From Escherichia coli (GTDB lineage Bacteria; Pseudomonadota; Gammaproteobacteria; Enterobacterales; Enterobacteriaceae), in assembly GCF_050920415.1 (NCBI RefSeq), contig NZ_CP169309.1: a stretch of 64,000 nt of DNA; one strand, written 5' to 3'. Below the pieces are notes generated by a model that had not been told where the DNA came from, did not search any database, and was given only the letters and a program-made list of their open reading frames with translations. Made by a program: the position numbers and the translations under genes. Positions within the stretch are counted from its first letter, which is position 1. Each line of letters begins with the position of its first letter. This document shows positions 1-10,269 of the stretch, in pieces.

Positions 1-2337
1 GTTCCCCAGTTGGATATCCGGGTGAAAACGGACAAAACCCATTACCAGCCAGGTGAACTGGTCAATGTCGAATTAACCTCGTTGCTGAAAGGTAAACCAG
101 TTTCTGCGCAGTTAACGGTTGGCGTGGTCGATGAAATGATCTACGCACTGCAACCGGAAATCGCGCCAAATATCGGCAAATTTTTCTATCCGCTGGGGCG
201 TAACAATGTGCGTACCAGCTCCAGCCTGTCATTTATCAGCTACGACCAGGCGCTCTCCAGCGAACCTGTTGCGCCTGGCGCGACTAACCGCAGCGAGCGG
301 CGAGTGAAAATGCTGGAACGTCCACGGCGTGAAGAGGTGGATACCGCTGCCTGGATGCCGTCACTCACAACCGATAAACAAGGCAAAGCGTATTTCACGT
401 TCCTGATGCCTGATTCATTAACCCGTTGGCGCATCACCGCGCGTGGGATGAACGGCGACGGGCTGGTAGGGCAGGGGCGTGCTTATTTGCGTTCGGAAAA
501 AAATCTCTACATGAAGTGGAGTATGCCAACGGTATATCGCATGGGTGACAAACCGGCGGCAGGACTGTTTATCTTCAGTCAGCAGGATAACGAACCGGTG
601 GCGCTGGTGACTAAATTTTCAGGCGCTGAGGTGCGTCAGACGCTGACGTTGCATAAAGGGGCGAATTATATTTCGCTGACGCAGAATATTCAGCAATCTG
701 GCTTGTTAAGTGCAGAACTGCAACAAAATGGGCAAGTGCAGGACAGTATTAGCACAAAACTGTCTTTTGTGGATAACAGCTGGCCCATTGAACAGCAGAA
801 AAACGTCATGCTCGGCGGTGGCGATAACGCACTGATGTTGCCCGAGCAGGCGAGCAATATCCGGTTGCAAAGTAGCGAAACGCCGCAGGAGATTTTCCGT
901 AACAATCTTGATGCGTTAGTCGATGAACCGTGGGGTGGCGTGATCAACACCGGTAGCCGTCTGATCCCGCTCAGTCTCGCCTGGCGTTCACTTGCCGATC
1001 ATCAAAGTGCCGCCGCTAACGACATTCGTCAGAGGATTCAGGATAACCGTTTGCGGCTGATGCAACTGGCGGGGCCAGGAGCGCGCTTTACCTGGTGGGG
1101 TGAAGATGGCAATGGCGACGCATTCCTCACGGCATGGGCATGGTACGCCGACTGGCAGGCCAGCCAGGCGCTCGGCGTAACGCAACAACCGGAATACTGG
1201 CAGCATATGCTCGACAGCTACGCGGAGCAGGCGGATAACATGCCGTTATTGCATCGGGCGCTGGTGCTGGCGTGGGCGCAGGAGATGAATCTGCCGTGCA
1301 AAACGTTGTTGAAAGGGTTGGACGAAGCTATCGCCCGGCGCGGAACTAAAACTAAAGATTTCTCTGAGGCAGACACCAGCGATATCAATGACAGTCTGAT
1401 CCTCGATACACCTGAATCTCCACTGGCAGATGCGGTGGCAAACGTCTTAACCATGACGTTGCTGAAAAAAGCGCAGTTGAAGTCCACTGTGATGCCACAG
1501 GTTCAGCAGTATGCGTGGGATAAAGCAGCAAACAGTAACCAGCCGCTGGCGCACACGGTTGTGCTGCTCAATAGCGGAGGCGACACCACCCAGGCTGCCG
1601 CTATTTTAAGTGGTTTAACCGCTGAACAATCCACTATTGAGCGCGCGCTGGCAATGAACTGGCTGGCGAAATATATGGCGACGATGCCTCCGGTTACGTT
1701 ACCTGCTCCTGCGGGCGCATGGGCCAAACATAAGTTAACCGGAGTGGGTGAATACTGGCGTTGGGTTGGTCAGGGCGTGCCGGATATTCTCTCTTTTGGT
1801 GACGAATTACCGCCGCAAAACGTGCAGGTTCGCTGGCGTGAACCGGCAAAAACGGCTCAACAAAGTAACATTCCGGTGACCATTGAACGACAGTTGTATC
1901 GGCTTATCCCGGGTGAAGAAGAGATGAGCTTTACTCTGCAGCCGCTGACCAGCAATGAGATTGACAGCGATGCGCTGTATCTCGATGAAATCACGCTTAC
2001 CAGCGAGCAGGATGCAGTTCTACGCTACGGTCAGGTGGAAGTACCGCTCCCGCCGGGGGCTGACGTTGAGCGGACAACGTGGGGCATTTCGGTCAATAAA
2101 CCCAACGCCGCGAAACAGCAGGGGCAGTTGCTGGAAAAAGCGCGCAATGAAATGGGTGAACTGGCCTATATGGTGCCGGTAAAAGAACTGACGGGAACGG
2201 TCACCTTCCGCCATTTGCTGCGTTTCTCGCAAAAAGGGCAATTCGTTCTGCCTCCTGCTCGTTATGTGCGTTCCTATGCACCTGCACAGCAAAGTGTTGC
2301 GGCAGGGAGCGAATGGACCGGGATGCAGGTGAAATAA
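1..2337 (+). CDS. yfaS: Alpha-2-macroglobulin family protein YfaS, C-terminal 775+ aa (5' end outside window)
   Basis: ORF 10..2337 is in frame from nt 1; position upstream of yfaQ-yfaP-atoB matches the yfaS locus by synteny; product family recalled, not re-derived. Confidence 0.75.
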   Translation, partial: VPQLDIRVKTDKTHYQPGELVNVELTSLLKGKPVSAQLTVGVVDEMIYALQPEIAPNIGKFFYPLGRNNVRTSSSLSFISYDQALSSEPVAPGATNRSERRVKMLERPRREEVDTAAWMPSLTTDKQGKAYFTFLMPDSLTRWRITARGMNGDGLVGQGRAYLRSEKNLYMKWSMPTVYRMGDKPAAGLFIFSQQDNEPVALVTKFSGAEVRQTLTLHKGANYISLTQNIQQSGLLSAELQQNGQVQDSISTKLSFVDNSWPIEQQKNVMLGGGDNALMLPEQASNIRLQSSETPQEIFRNNLDALVDEPWGGVINTGSRLIPLSLAWRSLADHQSAAANDIRQRIQDNRLRLMQLAGPGARFTWWGEDGNGDAFLTAWAWYADWQASQALGVTQQPEYWQHMLDSYAEQADNMPLLHRALVLAWAQEMNLPCKTLLKGLDEAIARRGTKTKDFSEADTSDINDSLILDTPESPLADAVANVLTMTLLKKAQLKSTVMPQVQQYAWDKAANSNQPLAHTVVLLNSGGDTTQAAAILSGLTAEQSTIERALAMNWLAKYMATMPPVTLPAPAGAWAKHKLTGVGEYWRWVGQGVPDILSFGDELPPQNVQVRWREPAKTAQQSNIPVTIERQLYRLIPGEEEMSFTLQPLTSNEIDSDALYLDEITLTSEQDAVLRYGQVEVPLPPGADVERTTWGISVNKPNAAKQQGQLLEKARNEMGELAYMVPVKELTGTVTFRHLLRFSQKGQFVLPPARYVRSYAPAQQSVAAGSEWTGMQVK

Positions 2338-3987
2338 GTGAACTGGCGCAGAATCGTCTGGCTATTAGCGTTGGTTACTCTGCCTACGCTTGCGGAGGAG
2401 ACGCCGTTACAACTGGCGCTGCGGGGCGCGCAGCACGATCAACTGTATCAGCTGTCGTCATCAGGCGTGACCAAAGTCTCGGCATTACCTGACACACTCA
2501 CCACGCCGTTAGGGAGTTTGTGGAAACTGTATGTTTACGCCTGGCTGGAGGATACCCATCAACCAGAGCAGCCCTACCAGTGTCGCGGAAACTCCCCGGA
2601 AGAGGTTTATTGTTGTCAGGCTGGGGAGAGCATAACGCGCGATACCGCGCTGGTACGCTCCTGTGGACTCTATTTTGCGCCGCAACGGTTGCATATTGGT
2701 GCAGATGTTTGGGGGCAATACTGGCAACAGCGTCAGGCACCTGCGTGGTTAGCGTCTCTTCCGACGCTGAAGCCAGAAACCTCGGTAACGGTTAAATCGC
2801 TGCTTGATTCATTAGCGACGTTACCCGCGCAAAACAAAGCTCAGGAAATCTTACTGGATGTGGTGCTGGACGAGGCGAAAATCGGTGTCGCATCCATGCT
2901 CGGTAGTCGGGTAAGGGTAAAAACCTGGAGCTGGTTTGCCGATGATAAACAGGAAATCCGTCAGGGTGGTGTTGCCGGCTGGTTAACGGATGGTACACCG
3001 CTGTGGGTTACTGGCAGTGGCACCAGCAAAACGGTACTGACCCGTTATGCGACGGTGCTTAATCGGGTATTGCCAGTGCCGACGCAAGTTGCCAGTGGGC
3101 AATGTGTAGAGGTGGAGCTGTTTGCCCGTTATCCGCTGAAGAAAATCACGGCGGAAAAGAGTACGACAGCAGTAAAACCCGGCGTACTTAATGGGCGCTA
3201 TCGTGTGACGTTTGCCAATGGTAACCACATTACGTTTGTCAGCCACGGTGAGACGACCTTACTGACAGAAAAGGGCAAACTGAAATTGCAGTCGCATCTT
3301 GATCGTGAAGAGTACGTTGCCAGAGCACTGGATCGCGAGGCGAAAAGTACGCCCCCTGAGGCAGCGAAAGCTATGACCGTGGCGATTCGCACTTTTTTAC
3401 AGCAAAACGCCAATCGGGAAGGCGATTGCCTGACCATCCCTGACAGCAGCGCCACGCAGCGTGTTTCTGCTTCGCCAGCTACCACGGGGGCGCGAATGAT
3501 GACCGCCTGGACGCAGGATCTCATCTATGCGGGCGACCCGGTCCATTATCACGACAGTCGCGCTACCGAAGGGACGCTTTCCTGGCGGCAAGCCACCGCC
3601 CAGGCGGGGCAGGGAGAGCGTTACGACCAGATACTCGCGTTTGCTTATCCCGACAACAGCCTTAGCCGCTGGGGATCGCCACGCTCAACCTGCCAGTTAT
3701 TACCCAAAGCGAAAGCCTGGCTGGCGAAAAAAATGCCGCAGTGGCGGCGTATGTTACAAGGCGAGACGGGGTACAACGAACCAGACGTGTTTGCGGTCTG
3801 TCGTTTAGTCTCAGGTTTCCCCTATACCGATCGGCAGCAGAAACGGCTGTTTATTCGTAACTTCTTTACGCTTCAGGATCGGCTGGATTTAACCCATGAG
3901 TATCTGCACCTGGCCTTTGATGGTTATCCCACCGGGCTTGATGAGAACTATATCGAAACGCTGACCCGACAATTATTAATGGACTAA
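2338..3987 (+). CDS. yfaQ: DUF2300-family protein YfaQ (549 aa), GTG start
   Basis: 549-aa ORF immediately after yfaS stop; length and synteny match yfaQ. Confidence 0.7.
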   Translation: MNWRRIVWLLALVTLPTLAEETPLQLALRGAQHDQLYQLSSSGVTKVSALPDTLTTPLGSLWKLYVYAWLEDTHQPEQPYQCRGNSPEEVYCCQAGESITRDTALVRSCGLYFAPQRLHIGADVWGQYWQQRQAPAWLASLPTLKPETSVTVKSLLDSLATLPAQNKAQEILLDVVLDEAKIGVASMLGSRVRVKTWSWFADDKQEIRQGGVAGWLTDGTPLWVTGSGTSKTVLTRYATVLNRVLPVPTQVASGQCVEVELFARYPLKKITAEKSTTAVKPGVLNGRYRVTFANGNHITFVSHGETTLLTEKGKLKLQSHLDREEYVARALDREAKSTPPEAAKAMTVAIRTFLQQNANREGDCLTIPDSSATQRVSASPATTGARMMTAWTQDLIYAGDPVHYHDSRATEGTLSWRQATAQAGQGERYDQILAFAYPDNSLSRWGSPRSTCQLLPKAKAWLAKKMPQWRRMLQGETGYNEPDVFAVCRLVSGFPYTDRQQKRLFIRNFFTLQDRLDLTHEYLHLAFDGYPTGLDENYIETLTRQLLMD

Positions 3988-3991
3988 TGCT

Positions 3992-4768
3992 ATGCGAAAG
4001 ATTTTTCTTCCGTTGTTACTGGTGGCGCTTTCGCCTGTTGCCCATGGCGAAGGTGTGCAGGAAGTCGAGATTGATGCACCGCTCTCTGGCTGGCATCCGG
4101 CAGAGGGTGAAGATGCCAGTTTTTCACAATCGATCAATTACCCGGCGTCGTCCGTCAACATGGCAGATGATCAAAATATCTCAGCGCAGATCCGCGGCAA
4201 AATAAAGAATTATGCGGCGGCGGGTAAAGTTCAGCAGGGCCGGTTGGTGGTCAACGGTGCCAGTATGCCGCAGAGAATTGAATCCGATGGTTCATTTGCA
4301 CGCCCTTATATTTTCACTGAAGGCAGCAACAGCGTGCAGGTCATCAGCCCAGATGGGCAAAGCCGACAAAAAATGCAGTTTTACTCAACGCCGGGGGCTG
4401 GAGTGATCCGCGCGCGTTTACGGCTGGTTCTCTCGTGGGATACGGACAATACCGACCTCGATCTTCATGTTGTCACGCCGGATGGTGAACACGCCTGGTA
4501 CGGTAACACGGTGCTGAAAAACAGTGGTGCACTGGATATGGATGTCACGACGGGTTACGGACCGGAGATTTTCGCCATGCCAGCGCCAGTTCACGGGCGC
4601 TATCAGGTATATATCAACTACTATGGTGGACGCAGTGAAACGGAATTGACGACCGCCCAACTGACGCTGATCACCGATGAAGGATCGGTTAATGAGAAAC
4701 AGGAAACATTTATTGTACCGATGCGTAATGCTGGCGAACTGACGCTGGTGAAAAGTTTTGACTGGTGA
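3992..4768 (+). CDS. yfaP: DUF2135-family exported protein YfaP (258 aa)
   Basis: 258-aa ORF with N-terminal signal-like segment; synteny between yfaQ and atoB. Confidence 0.7.
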   Translation: MRKIFLPLLLVALSPVAHGEGVQEVEIDAPLSGWHPAEGEDASFSQSINYPASSVNMADDQNISAQIRGKIKNYAAAGKVQQGRLVVNGASMPQRIESDGSFARPYIFTEGSNSVQVISPDGQSRQKMQFYSTPGAGVIRARLRLVLSWDTDNTDLDLHVVTPDGEHAWYGNTVLKNSGALDMDVTTGYGPEIFAMPAPVHGRYQVYINYYGGRSETELTTAQLTLITDEGSVNEKQETFIVPMRNAGELTLVKSFDW

Positions 4769-4801
4769 TTACTGAGGTTATCTTTACTGTCAATGTTCAA
4801 G

Positions 4802-4836
4802 AAAACGCCCGATGACTTTCGCTATCGGGCGTTTTT
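4802..4836. terminator. Bidirectional rho-independent terminator between convergent yfaP and atoB
   Basis: Hairpin aaaacgcccgat...atcgggcgtttt with A/T runs on both sides. Confidence 0.55.
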
Positions 4837-4841
4837 ACATG

Positions 4842-6026
4842 TTAATTCAATCGTTCAATCACCATCGCAATTCCTTGACCGCCGCCAATGCACAACGTTG
4901 CCAGACCCAGCGTTTTATCGCGTGCCTGCATTGCATGTAATAGTGTGACCAGAATACGCGCACCGCTGGCGCCGATAGGATGCCCCAGCGCGATGGCCCC
5001 GCCGTTGACATTCACTTTCTCAGGATCAAAGCCCAGTGTTTTCCCAACGGCAAGGAATTGCGCGGCAAATGCTTCATTGGCTTCGATAAGATCAATGTCT
5101 GCCAGCTGCAGCCCCGCCAGTTGTAACGCTTTTTGCGTGGCAGGCACTGGTCCCATACCCATCAATGCGGGGGGCACGCCGCCGCTGGCATAACTTTTAA
5201 TACGTGCCAGGGGATTCAGGCCTGCTGCCAGCGCCGCGGATTCTTCCATAATCACCAGAGCGGCAGCACCGTCGTTAATACCTGACGCGTTCCCGGCGGT
5301 GACAGTACCTGCTTTATCGAAGGCCGGACGCAATGCAGCCAGAGCTTCTGTAGTAGAATCTGGTTTCGGGAATTCGTCTTGACTGAAGACGAGGGTTTTC
5401 TTCCGGGTGACAACATTTACCGGGACGATTTCGGCTGTAAAAGCACCGGACTCAATTGCGGCAACCGCTTTACGCTGTGAATGTAGCGCCAGTTCATCCT
5501 GCATTTCGCGGGTAATCCCGTACTCCTTAGCCACGTTTTCGGCGGTAATTCCCATATGATAACCATGGGTGGCGCACATCAGGCCATCGCGCAGGATTAC
5601 GTCATAAACCTGTCCGTCTCCCAGACGATAACCCGATCGCGCTTTTGCATCGAGTAAGTAGGGCGCTAAACTCATATTTTCCATACCCCCCGCCACAATG
5701 CTCTGCGCCTGACCTGCCTGAATTGCCTGGGCGGCAAGCGCCACGCTTTTCAGACCCGAACCACACACCTTATTGACCGTGAATCCGCACACCGTTTCGG
5801 CCAGTCCGCTTTTTAACAGTGCCTGACGCGCCGGATTTTGCCCCAGCCCGGCTTGCAACACGTTACCCATAATCACTTCATCGATATGTTGTGAATCGAT
5901 TTTTGCGCGTTCAATAGCGGCCTGAATTACTGTTGCTCCCAGATCGATGGCGCTGGTGGAGGCGAGTGAACCATTAAAACTACCGATGGCAGTACGTACC
6001 GCACTGACGATGACACAATTTTTCAT
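4842..6026 (-). CDS. atoB: Acetyl-CoA acetyltransferase (thiolase II)
   Basis: 394-aa ORF; thiolase sequence recognised ([17 protein letters not shown]...). Confidence 0.95.
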   Translation of the reverse strand: MKNCVIVSAVRTAIGSFNGSLASTSAIDLGATVIQAAIERAKIDSQHIDEVIMGNVLQAGLGQNPARQALLKSGLAETVCGFTVNKVCGSGLKSVALAAQAIQAGQAQSIVAGGMENMSLAPYLLDAKARSGYRLGDGQVYDVILRDGLMCATHGYHMGITAENVAKEYGITREMQDELALHSQRKAVAAIESGAFTAEIVPVNVVTRKKTLVFSQDEFPKPDSTTEALAALRPAFDKAGTVTAGNASGINDGAAALVIMEESAALAAGLNPLARIKSYASGGVPPALMGMGPVPATQKALQLAGLQLADIDLIEANEAFAAQFLAVGKTLGFDPEKVNVNGGAIALGHPIGASGARILVTLLHAMQARDKTLGLATLCIGGGQGIAMVIERLN

Positions 6027-6056
6027 TTTATATTCCTTCTGTCTGTAAAGTTGCCG

Positions 6057-7379
6057 TCAGAACAGCGTTAAACCAATGACGAAAATGACGCCGGAGAAGA
6101 GCAGGGCAGTGATGCAATAGCCCATGATGTCGCGGACACCGAGTCCGGCGATTGCCAGTGCTGGCAGCGCCCAGAACGGTTGTGCCATGTTCATCCATTG
6201 CTCGCCGTAGGCGATCGCCATTACCGATTTACCGAGATCGGCTCCCAGCGCCTGGGCTGCGGGTATCACGAAAGGTCCCTGAATAACCCAGTGACCGCCG
6301 CCAGACGGAACGGCGAAGTTAATCAGTGCAGAACTAAAGAAGGTCATTACCGGGAAGGTGTCTTTGTTCGCAACATTGATGAAGAATTCAGTAATGAGTC
6401 CGCCCAGACCGGAGTGCTCCATCATCAGTTGGATCCCGGCGTAGAAGGGGAATTGCACCAGAATACCGGCGGTACTGCGTGCTGCCGCGCTGATAGCACG
6501 CATATAAGCCATTGGCGTTTTATGTAGCAGCAGACCCGCAATCATAAACATCAGGTTGACGGTATTGATGGTGATGTTGAAGCCATGTTCGCTGAAGTAC
6601 ATCGCCAGGTAAGCGATACCGAGTGCGCCGATGATCAACGTCAGGATGCGACTTTCCTCCAGTCGCTCGGATGGTGGGGCATCTTTCGGTAGCTGCTTCT
6701 GAAAATCAGCCTCTTCCATGAGTAGTTTCGGATCGATACTCACCACGTCGGAGGGTTTTGGCATCATCATGCGGGTAATAAATGGCATCACCACAATCAA
6801 TGCCACAGTGATGAAAATGTTAAAACCACTGAACAGAGTATCGCCCACCGGGATAAGCCCGGCGATATGCTCAACCGGATTGCCCGGTGTGGCAGCCAAC
6901 AGAGGCATTGAACCAGAGAAACCGCCACCCCAGGTAAGAAAACCAATGTAGGCGCAGGCAATGAGCAACGGATAATCAGAACCGGGTACTCGCCGGGCGA
7001 CTTCACGGGCGAACATTGCTCCGACAACCAGACCAAATCCCCAGTTGATGACACAAGCGACTGAACCGAAGAAAGTGACCAGCATGACGCCCTGTACGGG
7101 CGTCTTTGCGGCGGAAGCGGCAGTACGCAGCAAGCTTTTCACCGGAGCAGAGCTGGCAAGGGCATGACCGGTAACGATGATAAGCGCCATCTGCATACCG
7201 AACGCCAGCAAGTTCCAGAAACCGTCCCCCCACATTTTCACCATGCTGATCGGCGTTTGTGGTGTTAACCAAAGCGCGATCACGAACGTTAGCAATGTCA
7301 GCAACATGGCAAAGATCAGTGGATCGGGAAGCCACCGGCTGACAAAACGCGTCATAAAACGCGAAATGCGACCAATCAT
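6057..7379 (-). CDS. atoE: Short-chain fatty acid transporter
   Basis: 440-aa polytopic membrane ORF within the ato operon. Confidence 0.9.
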   Translation of the reverse strand: MIGRISRFMTRFVSRWLPDPLIFAMLLTLLTFVIALWLTPQTPISMVKMWGDGFWNLLAFGMQMALIIVTGHALASSAPVKSLLRTAASAAKTPVQGVMLVTFFGSVACVINWGFGLVVGAMFAREVARRVPGSDYPLLIACAYIGFLTWGGGFSGSMPLLAATPGNPVEHIAGLIPVGDTLFSGFNIFITVALIVVMPFITRMMMPKPSDVVSIDPKLLMEEADFQKQLPKDAPPSERLEESRILTLIIGALGIAYLAMYFSEHGFNITINTVNLMFMIAGLLLHKTPMAYMRAISAAARSTAGILVQFPFYAGIQLMMEHSGLGGLITEFFINVANKDTFPVMTFFSSALINFAVPSGGGHWVIQGPFVIPAAQALGADLGKSVMAIAYGEQWMNMAQPFWALPALAIAGLGVRDIMGYCITALLFSGVIFVIGLTLF

Positions 7380-8026
7380 AAATCACCCCGCTGCGTATTC
7401 AGATCGGCGGCGACTTCAAACTGAGCTTCGGTTTTGGCACGCACGGTGGCTAAATCACACCCGTCGGCAATTTCGGTGAGCCACATTTTGCCGTCAATGA
7501 AACGAAAGACTGCCAGTTCAGTGACCAGCATATGCACCGCGTGTTGCGCAGTGAGCGGCATTGTGCAGCGGCGCAAAATTTTTGCTGAACCATCTTTGGC
7601 GCAATGTTCCATGGCAATGATCACTTTGCGTGCCCCGGTCACCAGATCCATCGCGCCACCCATACCGGGCACCATTTTTCCAGGCACTACCCAGTTCGCG
7701 AGGTTGGCTTCTTCGTCTACCTGCAAACCACCGAGTACGCAGGCATCAATATGACCACCACGAATCAGCGCAAACGACATTGCGCTGTCGAACATCGCTG
7801 CGCCGGGTAAAATGCCGCATGGTTGCCCGCCAGCGTTCACCAGATCTGGATGCGCTGTAGTGACTGGGCCTAAACCGAGGAAGCCATTTTCCGATTGCAG
7901 AGTGATATGAATATCCTCCGGTAAATAATTGGCGACCATTGTGGGTAAACCGATCCCTAAGTTAACGATGTCACCATCACGAAGCTCTTGCGCCACACGG
8001 CGTGCAATACGTTGTTTCGCATCCAT
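7376..8026 (-). CDS. atoA: Acetate CoA-transferase subunit beta
   Basis: 216-aa ORF, overlapping stop/start with atoE and atoD. Confidence 0.9.
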   Translation of the reverse strand: MDAKQRIARRVAQELRDGDIVNLGIGLPTMVANYLPEDIHITLQSENGFLGLGPVTTAHPDLVNAGGQPCGILPGAAMFDSAMSFALIRGGHIDACVLGGLQVDEEANLANWVVPGKMVPGMGGAMDLVTGARKVIIAMEHCAKDGSAKILRRCTMPLTAQHAVHMLVTELAVFRFIDGKMWLTEIADGCDLATVRAKTEAQFEVAADLNTQRGDL

Positions 8027-8688
8027 TATTTGCTCTCCTGTGAAACGATGATGTGGTCGATAACGGCACCAGGGGTGACAATATGGTCAGGTTGCAGTTC
8101 GCCGGTTTCGACCAGTTCATCTGGCTCCACCAGCGTGATATCAGCCGCAAGGGCAATCAGGGGGTTAAAGTTGCGGGCGCTAAGTTGGTAGGTCAGGTTG
8201 CCAAGTGTGTCGCAACGATGGGCGCGAATGAGCGCCAGGTCGGCGCGCAGTGGACGTTCAAGCAGCCAGGTTTTACCGTCGAGTGTCAGCGTCTGTTTGC
8301 CTTCCTCTACGACGGTGCCGACACCAGTTGGCGTGAGAAAACCACCAAGTCCAGCTCCACCACAGCGAATTTGCTCAATCAATGTACCTTGCGGTACGAG
8401 AACGACCTCCATTTCGCCAGAAATCATGCGCCGTCCGGTTTCCGGGTTGGTGCCGATATGTGAAGCAATTACTTTGCGGACTCGACCATTGACGATGAGC
8501 GGACCGATGCCGGTATCAACAAACGCGGTATCATTGGCTATCAATGTCAGGTCGCGAACACCAGATTCCAGTAATGCTTCCACCAGGCGGGATGGAGTGC
8601 CAATTCCCATAAATCCGCCCACCATGATGGTCATGCCGTCACGAAAGAAGCTGGAGGCGTCTTGTAATGTCATCAATTTTGTTTTCAT
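8026..8688 (-). CDS. atoD: Acetate CoA-transferase subunit alpha
   Basis: 220-aa ORF, first gene of atoDAEB. Confidence 0.9.
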   Translation of the reverse strand: MKTKLMTLQDASSFFRDGMTIMVGGFMGIGTPSRLVEALLESGVRDLTLIANDTAFVDTGIGPLIVNGRVRKVIASHIGTNPETGRRMISGEMEVVLVPQGTLIEQIRCGGAGLGGFLTPTGVGTVVEEGKQTLTLDGKTWLLERPLRADLALIRAHRCDTLGNLTYQLSARNFNPLIALAADITLVEPDELVETGELQPDHIVTPGAVIDHIIVSQESK

Positions 8689-8733
8689 TATTTATCCCTC
8701 TTGCATACACCGTTGTGGGTACAGTCAGGGAAT

Positions 8734-8749
8734 AGCAAGGGGAGTGCCA
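8734..8749 (-). promoter_or_regulatory. Sigma-54 (-24/-12) promoter of atoDAEB
   Basis: Minus strand reads TGGCAC-N5-TTGCT about 45 nt upstream of atoD start. Confidence 0.6.
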
Positions 8750-8830
8750 GAATGAAAATGTTTGATATTGTTTTTTAACTTATTGAATAGTAAAGAATAA
8801 ATAAGGTGGGGATTAAGAGGTTGAATGAAC

Positions 8831-8872
8831 GGCTATGCAGAAATTTGCGCACTGTGCAAATTTCTGCATAGC
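8831..8872. promoter_or_regulatory. AtoC enhancer: near-perfect 42-bp inverted repeat
   Basis: gctatgcagaaatttgcgcac/tgtgcaaatttctgcatagc palindrome upstream of the sigma-54 promoter. Confidence 0.6.
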
Positions 8873-8883
8873 AAGTTTTGGCG

Positions 8884-10269
8884 TTATACATCCGCCGGAT
8901 CGATACCGTATTCCTGGAGTTTATACATCAATGCACGGCGACTGATGCCCAGCATTAAAGCAGTGCGGGTTCGGTTTCCTTCTTGTTGTTCCAGCACTTC
9001 CATAATGATGCGTTTTTCGACGCGTTTAATTTCCTCTTTTAAATTACGCTCACCGACAGGGGCTGTTTTTGCTTCACCAGCACTACAGACTGGCTGACGA
9101 ATCTGCGGCGGAAGATCCTCAGAAAAAATGATCGGGCCTGAATTCATCACGACGGCGCGTTCAATAACGTTGGAAAGCTCTCGAATATTTCCCGGCCATG
9201 ACCATGCGGTAAGCAGTGACATTGCCATCGGATCGATGTCGATAATATCGCGCTGATTCTCACTACTGAATTTTTGCAAAAAGTGATTAGCTAACAGGGA
9301 AATATCTTCCCGGCGATCGCGCAGAGGCGGCAGTATTAAATGAATAACGTTAAGGCGATAAAAGAGATCTTCACGGAATGTGCCTTCTTTCACCATTGCC
9401 TGCAAGTCGCGGTTGGTGGCAGCAATGATGCGGATATCAACTTTTATGGTCTGATGGCCGCCAATCCGTTCAAATTCCCGTTCCTGCAGAATGCGTAGTA
9501 ATTTGGCTTGCAGTACCAGCGGCATTTCGCCAATTTCGTCGAGGAGCAGAGTACCTTCGTTGGCACGTTCAAATAATCCCTGACGCAAGGTTTGTGCACC
9601 AGTAAATGCGCCTTTTTCATGACCAAACAGTTCACTTTCGAGCAACGATTCCGGCAGTGCCGCGCAGTTGACTTTAATGAACGGCCCCTTTGCCCGCCGC
9701 GAATTGTAGTGAATCGCTCTGGCAATCAACTCTTTCCCGGTGCCGCTTTCACCGCTAATCAAGACGCTGGCCTGAGAAAGGGCAATTTTGGCGGTGTCTT
9801 TGCAGATGTCCATCATCGCCGGGCTGTTGGTGAGAATGTGCCCCCATTGCCAGCTGGTGCTAAGTGCCTGGTGCAGATGACGGATCTCTTTTTTCATTGA
9901 CTGGAGTTGTAAAGCGCGCTGAACGATTAAATTCAACTCATCGAGATCAAACGGTTTGATAACATAGTCGAAGGCTCCGCAGCGTAGTGCTTCGACGGCG
10001 GTTTCCACTTCAGCATAGGCCGTCATCAGAATAACGGGTGTCCGTGTCTCATGGCTGCGCATCTCCTTTAGTGCCTTGATGCCGTCCATCTCTGGCATGC
10101 GGATATCCATCAACACCACGTCAGGGTGAATATCGGCAAACAGGTGTAATGCTGTGCGCCCGTTGTTCGCACAATGTGTTTCGAATCCTTGAAGTGCAAA
10201 AGCGGTGCTCAGCATACGGCGAACATTATCTTCATCATCCACAATAAGGATGCGATTAATAGCAGTCAT
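8884..10269 (-). CDS. atoC: Sigma-54-dependent response regulator AtoC
   Basis: 461-aa ORF: receiver domain, AAA+ Walker A GESGTGKE, C-terminal HTH. Confidence 0.95.
   Translation of the reverse strand: MTAINRILIVDDEDNVRRMLSTAFALQGFETHCANNGRTALHLFADIHPDVVLMDIRMPEMDGIKALKEMRSHETRTPVILMTAYAEVETAVEALRCGAFDYVIKPFDLDELNLIVQRALQLQSMKKEIRHLHQALSTSWQWGHILTNSPAMMDICKDTAKIALSQASVLISGESGTGKELIARAIHYNSRRAKGPFIKVNCAALPESLLESELFGHEKGAFTGAQTLRQGLFERANEGTLLLDEIGEMPLVLQAKLLRILQEREFERIGGHQTIKVDIRIIAATNRDLQAMVKEGTFREDLFYRLNVIHLILPPLRDRREDISLLANHFLQKFSSENQRDIIDIDPMAMSLLTAWSWPGNIRELSNVIERAVVMNSGPIIFSEDLPPQIRQPVCSAGEAKTAPVGERNLKEEIKRVEKRIIMEVLEQQEGNRTRTALMLGISRRALMYKLQEYGIDPADV

Noticed and set aside
8053-8755. 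Plus-strand ORFs of 136 and 185 aa inside atoD/atoA
   Set aside because: Antisense to well-supported ato genes.
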